From the sequence record ON184125: a stretch of 64,000 nt of DNA; one strand, 5' to 3'. Source of the stretch: Escherichia phage PC3. Both the position numbers and the translations under genes were made by a program. A model generated the notes under the pieces. It saw only the letters and a program-made list of their open reading frames with translations. It was not told the origin of the DNA and ran no database searches. Shown piece by piece: positions 29,514-38,747 of this stretch; positions within the stretch are counted from its first letter, which is position 1, and each line of letters begins with the position of its first letter.

Positions 29514-30368
29514 ATGAAACCTGAATTGCAAAAACTGTTTGAGGGCGTTAACGGCCTCAGCACCGACTTCCTGGATAAAGTGTCTGGTCTGCTGGAATCT
29601 AAAGTAGAAGCCGCTCGCCTGACCGCTATTCAAGAAACCGAAAACGCTGCCAACATTGAGCGCCTGCGTCTGGTTGAAGCTCATCAGGCTGAGATTGCTC
29701 AGCTGAAAGAGTCTCACTTGATGGAAATCGCGACCAAAGTCGATGGCTTCCTGAATGCTGTTGTAGAAGAGTGGGCTAACAAGAACGCTCCTGCTATCGA
29801 CGCTCAGATCAAACGTGAAGCGGCTGAAAATCTGCTGACTGGCCTGACTGGTGTTCTGAAAGAAGCTGGTATTAACTTTGCCACCGACGAAAACGGCCAG
29901 ATCGCTGCGCTGACTGCCCGCCTGGCCGAAGCAGAACAACGTGCTGCGATTGCCGAAAGCGAAAACCGTCAAATCAAAGAAGCCGCGAATGCGACTCTGC
30001 GTGACTCTGTGATCGCCCGTGTCTGTGAAGGTATGGTCGACACCAAGAAAGCAACGGTTGTCAATCTGCTGGAAGCTGTGCAGTTCACCACCGAAAGCGA
30101 ATTCGCTTCCCGCGTACACACCTTCCGCAACCTGGTAGAAGGTAAGTCCGTGAAGAAAGAAGGCGATGACGATGACGATGACTTCCAAGACAAAGTCGGC
30201 GGAAAAGACGGCGATGACGACAACAAAGATGGTAAAGTCGAAGAAGGCAAAAAGTCTAAGAAAGAAGGCGATGAAGATGACGATGAAGATGAAACAGACA
30301 AAGAGCTGAAAGAATCTATCAAGCGTCAGTTGGCCGACTATAATCGTCGCTTCGGCATCAACGGCTAA
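29514..30368 (+). CDS. gp22: Prohead scaffold protein gp22
   Basis: Coiled-coil-like, acidic C-terminus rich in D/E/K; position between gp21 and gp23; CTAAATA upstream. Confidence 0.75.
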   Translation: MKPELQKLFEGVNGLSTDFLDKVSGLLESKVEAARLTAIQETENAANIERLRLVEAHQAEIAQLKESHLMEIATKVDGFLNAVVEEWANKNAPAIDAQIKREAAENLLTGLTGVLKEAGINFATDENGQIAALTARLAEAEQRAAIAESENRQIKEAANATLRDSVIARVCEGMVDTKKATVVNLLEAVQFTTESEFASRVHTFRNLVEGKSVKKEGDDDDDDFQDKVGGKDGDDDNKDGKVEEGKKSKKEGDEDDDEDETDKELKESIKRQLADYNRRFGING

Positions 30369-30450
30369 TTTTAGCAGCCACAGCCCTCGAAAGGGGGCTT
30401 GATTTTGAACTACTAAGTAATTTCAACTTAACTGAATATCAATGTAAGGA

Positions 30451-31782
30451 ATGACCATCATGGCTAAGAAACTTGTTACCGAACAAATGCGCGAGCAGTG
30501 GCTGCCAGTTCTTCAGAAAGAATCTGAAAGCATCCAGCCGCTTTCTGCCGAAAACGTTGCCGTCCGTCTGCTGCAAAACCAGGCTGAGTGGAACGCCAAA
30601 AACCTGGGCGAATCTGACGCTCCTGGCTCCGTGAACGCCTCTGTGGGCAAATGGCAGCCAGTCCTGATCGACATGGCCAAACGTCTGGCTCCGGTCAACA
30701 TCGCGATGGACTTCTTCGGCGTTCAGCCGCTGTCTGGTCCTGACGGTCAGATCTTCGCACTGCGTGCTCGCCAGGGCGTTGCAGACGGCTCCAACACTGC
30801 CCAGTCCCGCGCTGAGCTGTTCATGAACGAAGCCAACTCCGGTTACTCCGGTGACGATACTGCACAGGCTGGCGACCCATCTGGCTTCTCCCAGACTGAG
30901 ATCGAAGGTTCCGGCGCTGCTACCACCACCATCGGTAAAGGCATGTCAACTTCCGACGCTGAACTGCTGGGCACCACCACCAACCCATGGGCACGTGTTG
31001 GTATCACCGTTCAGAAAGCAACCGTGACTGCGAAGTCTCGCGGCCTGTACGCTGACTACAGCCATGAACTGCGCCAGGACATGATGGCGATCCACGGCGA
31101 AGACGTTGACAGCATCCTGTCCGACGTGATGGTAACTGAAATTCAGGCAGAGATGAACCGTGAGTTTATCCGCACCATGAACTTCAGCGCAGTACGCTTC
31201 AAAAAATTCGGCACCAACGGTATCGTAGACATCTCCACTGACATCTCCGGTCGTTGGGCGCTGGAAAAATGGAAGTACATGACTTTCATGCTGGAAGTTG
31301 AAGCGAACGGCATCGGTGTTGACACCCGTCGTGGTAAAGGCAACCGTGTTCTGTGCTCCCCGAACGTAGCATCCGCTCTGGCGATGTCCGGCATGCTGGA
31401 TTATGCTCCGGCGCTGCAGGAAAACACCAAGCTGTCGATTGATCCGACTGGTCAGACCTTCGCTGGTGTGCTGTCGAACGGTATGCGTGTATACATTGAC
31501 CCGTATGCAGTAGCAGAATACATCACCCTGGCATACAAAGGTGCAACCGCGCTGGATGCTGGTATCTTCTTCGCACCATACGTGCCGCTGGAAATGTACC
31601 GCACCCAGGGTGAAACCACCTTCGCACCACGCATGGCGTTTAAAACCCGCTACGGCATCTGTGCTAACCCATTCGTTCAGATCCCAGCGAACCAGGATCC
31701 ACAGGTCTATGTGACTGCGGATGGTATCGCCAAGGACACCAACGTGTATTTCCGTAAAGGGCTGATCAAAGGCCTGTTCTAA
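30451..31782 (+). CDS. gp23: Major capsid protein gp23
   Basis: GVQPLSGPDGQIFALRA and C-terminal KTRYGICANPFV blocks match T4 gp23; 443 aa. Confidence 0.92.
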   Translation: MTIMAKKLVTEQMREQWLPVLQKESESIQPLSAENVAVRLLQNQAEWNAKNLGESDAPGSVNASVGKWQPVLIDMAKRLAPVNIAMDFFGVQPLSGPDGQIFALRARQGVADGSNTAQSRAELFMNEANSGYSGDDTAQAGDPSGFSQTEIEGSGAATTTIGKGMSTSDAELLGTTTNPWARVGITVQKATVTAKSRGLYADYSHELRQDMMAIHGEDVDSILSDVMVTEIQAEMNREFIRTMNFSAVRFKKFGTNGIVDISTDISGRWALEKWKYMTFMLEVEANGIGVDTRRGKGNRVLCSPNVASALAMSGMLDYAPALQENTKLSIDPTGQTFAGVLSNGMRVYIDPYAVAEYITLAYKGATALDAGIFFAPYVPLEMYRTQGETTFAPRMAFKTRYGICANPFVQIPANQDPQVYVTADGIAKDTNVYFRKGLIKGLF

Positions 31783-31807
31783 TCGAACAGTTGTCCTTAA
31801 CCCTGAC

Positions 31808-31837
31808 AAACCCCGCCAACGTGCGGGGTTTTCTTTT
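31808..31837 (+). terminator. Rho-independent terminator after gp23
   Basis: aaaccccgc-caacgt-gcggggttt plus TTTTCTTTT. Confidence 0.65.
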
Positions 31838-31886
31838 GAAACAAACCAGCATATAATTCTAAAATAATAATAGGTAGGATTAGATC

Positions 31887-33875
31887 ATGATTCATATATG
31901 CCGGACATGCAAAACCTCATTCGTCAATGCCCAGTCAAAGGCCGTCTACTGTAGTGTTGATTGCAGAACCTTTTACCAAACAGTTGGTATCAAATTCTCC
32001 CCAGAGTTAATGTCGGACGCCAAATTTATTCAAACTGAAGATGACTACAAAGACTTCATCCGTGAATATTTCTATATGAAGAATGGCAACCTGAATTACC
32101 AACTACTATCTTCACCCCTGTTGTCATCTTACCTTGGCGTAGACCCCCTCAAATATGCCAACCAGCACAACTCTGAAGAATCCGTGAACACCCGTGTATT
32201 GGTCTGGTTACACGACGTCAAACCAACACCTTGTATCACCTGCGGTGCTAGAACTTCTGTCGAGATTAAGAAGTCTATCCCATCCTACCGGAAATATTGT
32301 TCGGAGGAATGCTATGCCCAATCAATGAAGTTGGGTGGTGAAGCCCGTAAAGTCTTGGACAAGACAATACTGGACAAATATGGCGTGGAAAACGTGTTCC
32401 AGGATGAATCCATAAAAGGGAAGGCACGGTTGACCATGCTGCAGCGTTTCGGCGTAGAACACATTATGCAGTCTGAAGAGGGGCGGCAGCTATTCAGAGA
32501 TTCCGTTATGGAAAAATATGGGGTTGAGCACCCGATGCAGTTGGAAGAGATCAAACGGCGCGCATGGGATACCCTCGGTGCTCGGTCTTGGTATGCTACT
32601 TCAGAAGGTAAAGCTGCGCGGGAGAAGGCATTTGGTGGATACCAAGGCGGTCATCCGATGCGTGACAGGGGTGTTATAGAGAAGATAATCTCAAACAATC
32701 TCAAGCGGTATGGTGTTGAATGGCCTGCTCAAGACCCTGTTATCAAAGCTAAAGTTGTAGACACCATGTTGGAAAAATATGGTGTGTCCCACCCATTACA
32801 AATACCAGAAGTGAAAGCCAGAGTCAAACAAAGTCACCAAACAAAGTACGGTAGATTCTATTTCAATAGACATGAGGTTATGTTATTGGCTTCGGAACGT
32901 TCTAAAGAGACATGTGTTAGAAAATATGGTGTACCATATGCGTTGCAGAACAAATCCATGTGGGAACACATTACGTCATCCCTTAATTCGAAATCAAAAC
33001 CAGAAATAGAAATATCTGATTGGCTCACTTCAATGGGGGTTGCCCACAAATGCTCCGACTTCACCCTCCTAAACAATATGAATTGCCAGGACGGTGGAAC
33101 TCGACGCCAGATAGACATCTATTGCCCAGAACACAAACTGGCAATAGAATTTAATGGCCTGTATTGGCACAGTGAGATACACAAATATCGCCGTTATCAT
33201 CTCGAAAAGACAGAGGCATGTGAAGCACAAGGCGTTCAGCTGATACACATCTGGGAAGATGAGTGGCATAACAACCCAGAGATCGTGAAAGGGTTGCTGG
33301 CTGCCAAACTCGGGATCAAGAAGCCATCCGGGTACGCCCGTCAGTGTTATGTAGAGGAAGGTAAGAAGTCGGATATTCTAGAACTCCTGGCCTCTCAACA
33401 CATACAGGGCACCATTCATTCGGCCACGCATTACCTTCTCCTCAGAGATAAGAGAGACAACCGGGTTCGGGCTGTCATGACCTTTATCAAACGTGTGGTG
33501 AAGGGGGAACAGTGTATGGAACTTACGAGGTTTGCCTCCGACGGCATTCACGGGGCGTTCTCTAAACTGCTGGCGTACTACAAGGAACATCTCTGGGATG
33601 GCGTGAAGACTTTCTCCTTTGGCGATAGGTGTGTTGTTAGTCGGTTGTCCAACATTTACCTTTCTCACGGGTTCGTCGAGGAAGAAATACAAGACCCGGA
33701 TTACAAATATCACAAACCAGGGACTCTCATGCGGGAGCACAAGTTTGGATTCAGAAAGGCAGACTTTGCTCAGATGGGCTATGACGTAGAAGGTAAGACA
33801 GAAGATCAGTTAGCAACCGAAGCCGGGCTGGTCAGGATTTGGAATTGTGGACTGATCAAATATGTCTTGAACTAA
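31887..33875 (+). CDS. Homing-endonuclease-like protein 2 (paralog of 24106..25890)
   Basis: Same architecture; stretches such as RQIDIYCPEHKLAIEFNGLYWH are identical in both proteins (~88% DNA identity there). Confidence 0.55.
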   Translation: MIHICRTCKTSFVNAQSKAVYCSVDCRTFYQTVGIKFSPELMSDAKFIQTEDDYKDFIREYFYMKNGNLNYQLLSSPLLSSYLGVDPLKYANQHNSEESVNTRVLVWLHDVKPTPCITCGARTSVEIKKSIPSYRKYCSEECYAQSMKLGGEARKVLDKTILDKYGVENVFQDESIKGKARLTMLQRFGVEHIMQSEEGRQLFRDSVMEKYGVEHPMQLEEIKRRAWDTLGARSWYATSEGKAAREKAFGGYQGGHPMRDRGVIEKIISNNLKRYGVEWPAQDPVIKAKVVDTMLEKYGVSHPLQIPEVKARVKQSHQTKYGRFYFNRHEVMLLASERSKETCVRKYGVPYALQNKSMWEHITSSLNSKSKPEIEISDWLTSMGVAHKCSDFTLLNNMNCQDGGTRRQIDIYCPEHKLAIEFNGLYWHSEIHKYRRYHLEKTEACEAQGVQLIHIWEDEWHNNPEIVKGLLAAKLGIKKPSGYARQCYVEEGKKSDILELLASQHIQGTIHSATHYLLLRDKRDNRVRAVMTFIKRVVKGEQCMELTRFASDGIHGAFSKLLAYYKEHLWDGVKTFSFGDRCVVSRLSNIYLSHGFVEEEIQDPDYKYHKPGTLMREHKFGFRKADFAQMGYDVEGKTEDQLATEAGLVRIWNCGLIKYVLN

Positions 33876-33879
33876 AAGA

Positions 33880-33938
33880 ACATTTCAATAACGGGGCGAG
33901 AGGTATTATTGCCCCGTCTATTAATCGAGGAAATCGCA
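33880..33938 (+). repeat. Copy 1 of a ~45-bp direct repeat with internal hairpin
   Basis: ttcaataacggggcgagaggtattattgccccgtctattaatcgagg; second copy 260 bp downstream. Confidence 0.6.
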
Positions 33939-34139
33939 ATGAGCCTGAAAGAAGATTCTGTAAACACCACAGTCGCCAACTCCACCTTCCGTGAGTGGCA
34001 CGACGTATTGTGTAAAGTCGCGAAAAGCCAGGGTGGTTCGGCCGCCGACGCCGACGCCTGGCGTGATGACTACGAAGCGGGCAAGACCCCGCGCCAGTCT
34101 TGGGAAGATGAATGGGGTTGGGAAGAACAAGAAGGATAA
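33939..34139 (+). CDS. Small acidic Trp-rich protein (66 aa)
   Basis: ATG with gagga SD; preceded by a ~45-bp repeat; C-terminus WEDEWGWEEQEG. Confidence 0.35.
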   Translation: MSLKEDSVNTTVANSTFREWHDVLCKVAKSQGGSAADADAWRDDYEAGKTPRQSWEDEWGWEEQEG

Positions 34140-34199
34140 CAGTTTTCAATAACGGGGTGAGAGGTATTATTGCCCCGTCTACTATCCGAGGGTTGTACC
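34140..34199 (+). repeat. Copy 2 of the ~45-bp direct repeat
   Basis: ttcaataacggggtgagaggtattattgccccgtctactatccgagg. Confidence 0.6.
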
Positions 34200-34424
34200 A
34201 TGTACTTGAAAAAGATCGTGAAGAAGCCGAAAGCCGGTGTTGCCGAGGTGTGCCTCATCGAGGTTTACGTTGATTCTTGTAACAATGAGCAGTGTTACTT
34301 CATGGTCGACACGATGGTGTATGTGCCAGCCTCTCACCTGAACCGTGATTTCATCACAACCGAGAACATCGTCCGCTGGGAGATTGCAACGCAGTCCGAT
34401 ATCGACGAACACAACATTCTTTGA
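34200..34424 (+). CDS. Hypothetical protein (74 aa)
   Basis: ATG with gaggg SD, preceded by the second copy of the repeat. Confidence 0.35.
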   Translation: MYLKKIVKKPKAGVAEVCLIEVYVDSCNNEQCYFMVDTMVYVPASHLNRDFITTENIVRWEIATQSDIDEHNIL

Positions 34425-34441
34425 AAGGAAGGATCTATATC

Positions 34442-34885
34442 ATGTCAAAAGAGAAATACATTTTCATCAGTCCTGCCACGAAGGAGTTCTTCATCTCTGA
34501 CGTGAAAGACCGTGTTGAGAAGTTCCGCTACATGCGCAGCTATGGTCTGGCGTCTGGTGAGATCGATTACCAGTCCCTGGATAATGATCGCCAGGATCTG
34601 ATTGATGACGGCTGGCGTTTGGTCCCATCCCCTCAGTATATCCATATCAAGCTGTACTACATGAAGGACAGCGGGAAGTATTATTCTGAAGGTGAACTCG
34701 TCCTCAATCGTGGAGAGGCTGAAGCTGAACCTGCTAAGTCCTGGATGGAGACTATGGATAAAATCCGCTATCTGCTTGACTCAGGCAATTTGCCTGGTTT
34801 GGTTAAAGGTGCCCGGTACGAGGTCTTCGTGACCGGAGAAGGGCATCCAGGTGGGTATCCGGCGGCATTCCGCGTTAACAACTGA
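34442..34885 (+). CDS. Hypothetical protein (147 aa)
   Basis: ORF with aaggaagga SD. Confidence 0.45.
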   Translation: MSKEKYIFISPATKEFFISDVKDRVEKFRYMRSYGLASGEIDYQSLDNDRQDLIDDGWRLVPSPQYIHIKLYYMKDSGKYYSEGELVLNRGEAEAEPAKSWMETMDKIRYLLDSGNLPGLVKGARYEVFVTGEGHPGGYPAAFRVNN

Positions 34886-34893
34886 GGTTAAAC

Positions 34894-35130
34894 ATGATTA
34901 TCAAAAAGATCGGCGCAAGTCCTCTCACTGGTACTATATTCCAGGGCAGGTTGAACACCAAAACCAGCATGTGGGTTGGTGAGAAGACCGACGTGACAGA
35001 TGACTGCGTAGCAGCTGTAGCTGAACACTTGCGTCACATCAAGAAAGACTATTGCTTCCCAACGACGGATGGTAAGTTTCTGGTGCTGAGCGCCGAGGTT
35101 CACGACACCCTTCCTGATCGCTTCAAATAA
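34894..35130 (+). CDS. Hypothetical protein (78 aa)
   Basis: ORF with gagg SD. Confidence 0.4.
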   Translation: MIIKKIGASPLTGTIFQGRLNTKTSMWVGEKTDVTDDCVAAVAEHLRHIKKDYCFPTTDGKFLVLSAEVHDTLPDRFK

Positions 35131-35155
35131 ATTTTAAATTTATTCAATAAACGGG

Positions 35156-35184
35156 GTTTAATTCTTCAATAAACCCCGTATACT
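35156..35184 (+). promoter_or_regulatory. Sigma70-like promoter (GTTTAA-17-TATACT)
   Basis: Followed by a leader homologous to the one after the 23647 promoter. Confidence 0.35.
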
Positions 35185-35331
35185 TCATTCCATAAGCAGC
35201 ACAACACTGACTTGAAATGAAGGAACTATCACCACTCTCGTTACAAAGTAACATTGCAGCAATTTGTTCTAAACCTTTGAACAGGGTGTGTTAACCACAT
35301 ACCCTATTCCCTACAAATAGAGGACTTTATC

Positions 35332-35652
35332 ATGGCTAACAGCATCCCGATTTTAGAAGCGGTCGTAAAAGAGAACCCTCGTGCGCGCAAATCACGTCGC
35401 CGCCTGACCACCAAACTGGATATTCTGAAACAGAAGTTCGGCGACCACAGCGTGTTCACTCGCATTCGCAATGCAATAAAGGAAGGGCGAACTGAGCTGG
35501 AGCTATATCGACCGAACGGTTCGACACGCGCGTATCAGACCACTGACGGCTTACTGGAACTGATCCGCCTGAGCGGGATGACGATCGAACCTCGTTCGTC
35601 AGGTACTCCTCTGTGCTCCCTGTACGTAATCGGCAATCTTGGGGCGCTGTGA
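35332..35652 (+). CDS. Hypothetical protein (106 aa)
   Basis: ORF with agagga SD; long leader downstream of a sigma70-like promoter. Confidence 0.4.
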   Translation: MANSIPILEAVVKENPRARKSRRRLTTKLDILKQKFGDHSVFTRIRNAIKEGRTELELYRPNGSTRAYQTTDGLLELIRLSGMTIEPRSSGTPLCSLYVIGNLGAL

Positions 35653-35656
35653 TTCT

Positions 35657-36079
35657 ATGAAGAAGTATATCGTTCTCATTACGGGTTCCCGCTCAATCAC
35701 CGAGCGGGATAAGGTATTCGCCAAGCTGGACGAACTCTTGGATCCTCGTGAGGTCTATACACTGATTGAGGGTGAAGCCTCTGGTGTAGACAAGATTTGC
35801 CGTGATTGGGCTGAAATCAATTATGTTCATATCACTCCTATGCCAATACCTCCGAGCTATTATGAAAAGTATGGGAAAGGGATGGGCAACAAACGCAATC
35901 AGGACATGTTAGACAAGGCATTGGATCTCGTCAGACAGACCAAGCTGGAAGTGTATCCGATTGCGATGTGGGATGGTTCGTCCACTGGCACCCTGGACAT
36001 GATCAACCGTTGCAAGAAAGCTGGCCTCCCTGTGGATATCACTCTAATGGGTAAGCCGAAGACCAAGCGCCTTTTGTAA
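35657..36079 (+). CDS. SLOG/DUF2493-like protein (T4 Gp30.3-like)
   Basis: LITGSRS...LIEGEASGVDKICRDWA pattern recalled for DUF2493; overlaps the previous stop. Confidence 0.4.
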   Translation: MKKYIVLITGSRSITERDKVFAKLDELLDPREVYTLIEGEASGVDKICRDWAEINYVHITPMPIPPSYYEKYGKGMGNKRNQDMLDKALDLVRQTKLEVYPIAMWDGSSTGTLDMINRCKKAGLPVDITLMGKPKTKRLL

Positions 36080-36293
36080 CATACCATAAATAATTGAATA
36101 CACACAGCGGAGATACATCATGTTTGTCGTCATCAATCTGTTCTGTTATATCTTCACGGCGTACTTCTTGGGCGCGGTAGGGATCGAGACCTACAATGAC
36201 CTGAAGGATGGGGAATACGCCAACCGAATGGTTTATGTCAAGAAGTTTGTTCGTAAGTTCTGGTCCAACTTCGTTTACAAACTACCATGATCC

Positions 36294-36304
36294 CTAAATA
36301 CCCC
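36294..36304 (+). promoter_or_regulatory. Putative late promoter (CTAAATAcccc)
   Basis: Upstream of the 36329 gene. Confidence 0.45.
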
Positions 36305-36328
36305 CATCATCCATGGGGGTATTTTCTT

Positions 36329-37057
36329 ATGAACGCACAGATCTATGACGCCCTATCACAGGGCAACGCCTTTACCAATCCTCTCCCGTCCCTCAGCAGC
36401 GCCTCACAGGGGTTAATCACCAGCGGTAAGGCGACTACAGAGTCACTGGCTAACACCGGAAATGCGCAGATTCAGGAAGCGCTGACGGCAGGTGGGTTGA
36501 CTACAGCCAAACTCAACGAATCTACAGCAATGTTCAACTCAGCCAACAACAGCATCACTACTTTGAACAACTATGGCGACCAGTCAGTGAAAGAGGCATA
36601 TTCCCGCATCGGTACATCTGTGTCGTATAAGTCCGCCCTGAAGTCTATAGGTCGAGAACCGAACAACTGTGATCTGATCAATAATGCATTTGGGGTTATT
36701 CAGAACCTCGGCAAACAGTGGATCAACACCATGCAAAGTGTTCTCACAACTATCACAAACAAGATGAATGAGCTGGCTGAGTTGGTAGCTCAGGGCGTCG
36801 GTGCTGGTCTTGATGCTATTCAGGCACTGGCTGCTGAAGTTACTCAGGCCATCGACACTGCTGTCGCATCAGTAGCCTCTATTGCTCAGGACATCACGAA
36901 CGGTATTGCAGCAGAGTTAGCCCATATCCAAGACATGGTTGGTAAGTGTCTTAACTTCTCTTTTGCCAACGTGATCTCAGAGTGGGCGAAAGATATCTGC
37001 GCCGGAGGTGTCATCAACAGCATTGGTTCCGATAATCTGAAGAACGCACTGAAGTAA
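36329..37057 (+). CDS. Hypothetical late protein (242 aa, Ala/Ser/Thr-rich, helical)
   Basis: CTAAATA motif at 36294 followed by a hairpin and the ATG. Confidence 0.5.
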   Translation: MNAQIYDALSQGNAFTNPLPSLSSASQGLITSGKATTESLANTGNAQIQEALTAGGLTTAKLNESTAMFNSANNSITTLNNYGDQSVKEAYSRIGTSVSYKSALKSIGREPNNCDLINNAFGVIQNLGKQWINTMQSVLTTITNKMNELAELVAQGVGAGLDAIQALAAEVTQAIDTAVASVASIAQDITNGIAAELAHIQDMVGKCLNFSFANVISEWAKDICAGGVINSIGSDNLKNALK

Positions 37058-37537
37058 TCAGTGCTCCCGCGCCGGAAGAACTCCCACTGGTTCGATGCCA
37101 TCCAACAGCAGGGAGTTCACACCCACATTACTCAGTCTGATCAAGATCGTTCCCCCTGGGTTAACTTCAAAGATACTCATCCCATTTCCAACCGCGTCGT
37201 TGTTAACGAACACGCCCTGAGTTGCGATTCGTACTGGTTTATCTGTGTCATTCATGATCTTGAACGTCACGATTATATCCGATGTTGTACCCAGTCGTCC
37301 AACCATGCGTTGCTTCAGCTTGGCGTAGAATGATGGATTAAAGGTGATAATGATGCTGTTGTTCTGAGAGTAATAAATACTTGCTGAAATGTATGGTATC
37401 TTCCCTTCATCGCCATGCCGCAGGAGAGGAATTGTGGTCTTCCAGTATGGCTTGAGGGTGCTCATGTTCTCATCAAAGCAACCTAAAGGTACGAGTTTCT
37501 GGAAGGGCTGGAACTCTTGCACGATGATGTCCAGCAT
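37058..37537 (-). CDS. Hypothetical protein (minus strand, ~160 aa)
   Basis: Protein-like C-terminal part of the 37058..37873 minus ORF; N-terminal extension looks like shadow of the + gene; start uncertain. Confidence 0.35.
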   Translation of the reverse strand: MLDIIVQEFQPFQKLVPLGCFDENMSTLKPYWKTTIPLLRHGDEGKIPYISASIYYSQNNSIIITFNPSFYAKLKQRMVGRLGTTSDIIVTFKIMNDTDKPVRIATQGVFVNNDAVGNGMSIFEVNPGGTILIRLSNVGVNSLLLDGIEPVGVLPAREH

Positions 37538-37736
37538 ACCCTTGTCACAAGTAGGAACGCTGGCCGACAACGTCACAGGTACAGTGCGCACTTCTGGGTT
37601 CCAGAATTCGGAAACAGAAATTATTGGCGTGACAAAGATGCGACAGCTCGTAAACAAGAGCATCGAGCATGCCAACAACAATCTACTGATCCCGCGCATC
37701 AGGGTCACAAAATATCTCCACAGCAAAGGTGCTATT

Positions 37737-38249
37737 ATGTCCAACGTACAATTCAAGAACGAAAACCCTAATTTCGCGGCGTCCGATAAGTGGCGTCTGA
37801 CTATCGGAGACCTTATACTCCTAACCCGTAACATACACGACTTCAGTATACCAGGAGTGTACTCCGAAGGCATCGATGGTCCGTCTCCTGGTGACGTGTT
37901 GGTTTCTATACCTTCAGAGCGTTTAACCTATGACCCCGTCGTATTTACTTTCGTTATAGACGAGGACTGGAAATCATGGTTACAGATCCACCAATGGATT
38001 ACCAGCAACGTCGGCAAGGATTTGCCTGTCAGCAAGGACATTACCATTGAATTGCTGGATAACCTCAACCGACCGATTGGCCTCACTCTCGTGCTGGAGG
38101 AAGCCCGCCCGACTGCTTTGGACAACGTACTGGTGGACGTAGACGCGGCTGTACCTCAGCTGGTGACGACAGTGACCTTCAAGTTCCAACAGCTGGTTCC
38201 ACTATCTGGTGGGAAGGCGATTGATTCTAATCCGCAAAATGCGGTATAA
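37737..38249 (+). CDS. Hypothetical protein (170 aa)
   Basis: Protein-like 3' part of the 37389..38249 ORF starting at MSNVQFKN; alternative start at MRQLV. Confidence 0.45.
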   Translation: MSNVQFKNENPNFAASDKWRLTIGDLILLTRNIHDFSIPGVYSEGIDGPSPGDVLVSIPSERLTYDPVVFTFVIDEDWKSWLQIHQWITSNVGKDLPVSKDITIELLDNLNRPIGLTLVLEEARPTALDNVLVDVDAAVPQLVTTVTFKFQQLVPLSGGKAIDSNPQNAV

Positions 38250-38250
38250 T
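38221..38250 (+). promoter_or_regulatory. Possible sigma70-like promoter (TTGATT-18-TATAAT)
   Basis: Upstream of the uvsY-like gene; overlaps the preceding gene end. Confidence 0.3.
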
Positions 38251-38279
38251 TCTATGACATTGACAAGCTGGGATATTTT

Positions 38280-38732
38280 ATGAAAGAACAACTACAGACA
38301 ATGGCTACCGAGGACATCATGAACGAACTGGAGCCGCTGATCACAGTGGACCCAGAAGACATGAACCTTGACCAGATCTCACTGAAAATCGGGCGCTCTT
38401 GGATGGCTGTGCAGCGGCATTATCTGCGCGAGGGACGTTATCTTGAATTTCTCAACGGGCGCTTCCGCCAAATCGATCTCTATCTGCGCCGCTACTATGC
38501 AGGGGAGTTACCCCCTAACATCTACGCAGATCGCCCCCTGAAGGTTCGCCCCCTGAAGTCTGACCTAGATACATGGGTCAAAGCAGACGATGACTATGTG
38601 GAGTTGTCTGTTCTGTTACAAGAACAAAAAGCAAAAGTCAAGTTCATAGAGACTTGTTTGGATCGCCTAAACAAACTGGGATACGAAGTGAAAAATGCTA
38701 TTGAGTGGAGAAAATATATTGATGGTGTATAA
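38280..38732 (+). CDS. UvsY-like recombination mediator (tentative)
   Basis: Size and C-terminal pattern loosely parallel T4 UvsY; adjacent to uvsW. Confidence 0.35.
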   Translation: MKEQLQTMATEDIMNELEPLITVDPEDMNLDQISLKIGRSWMAVQRHYLREGRYLEFLNGRFRQIDLYLRRYYAGELPPNIYADRPLKVRPLKSDLDTWVKADDDYVELSVLLQEQKAKVKFIETCLDRLNKLGYEVKNAIEWRKYIDGV

Positions 38733-38747
38733 CGAGGATCACACATA

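Noticed and set aside
29415-31809. Minus-strand ORFs of 257 aa (29415..30188) and 287 aa (30946..31809)
   Set aside because: Antisense to the gp22 scaffold and gp23 major capsid genes.
37389-37736. N-terminal 116 codons of the + ORF 37389..38249
   Set aside because: Junk-like composition (CRRRG, W/C-rich) and overlap with a more protein-like minus-strand frame; real + gene probably starts at 37737.
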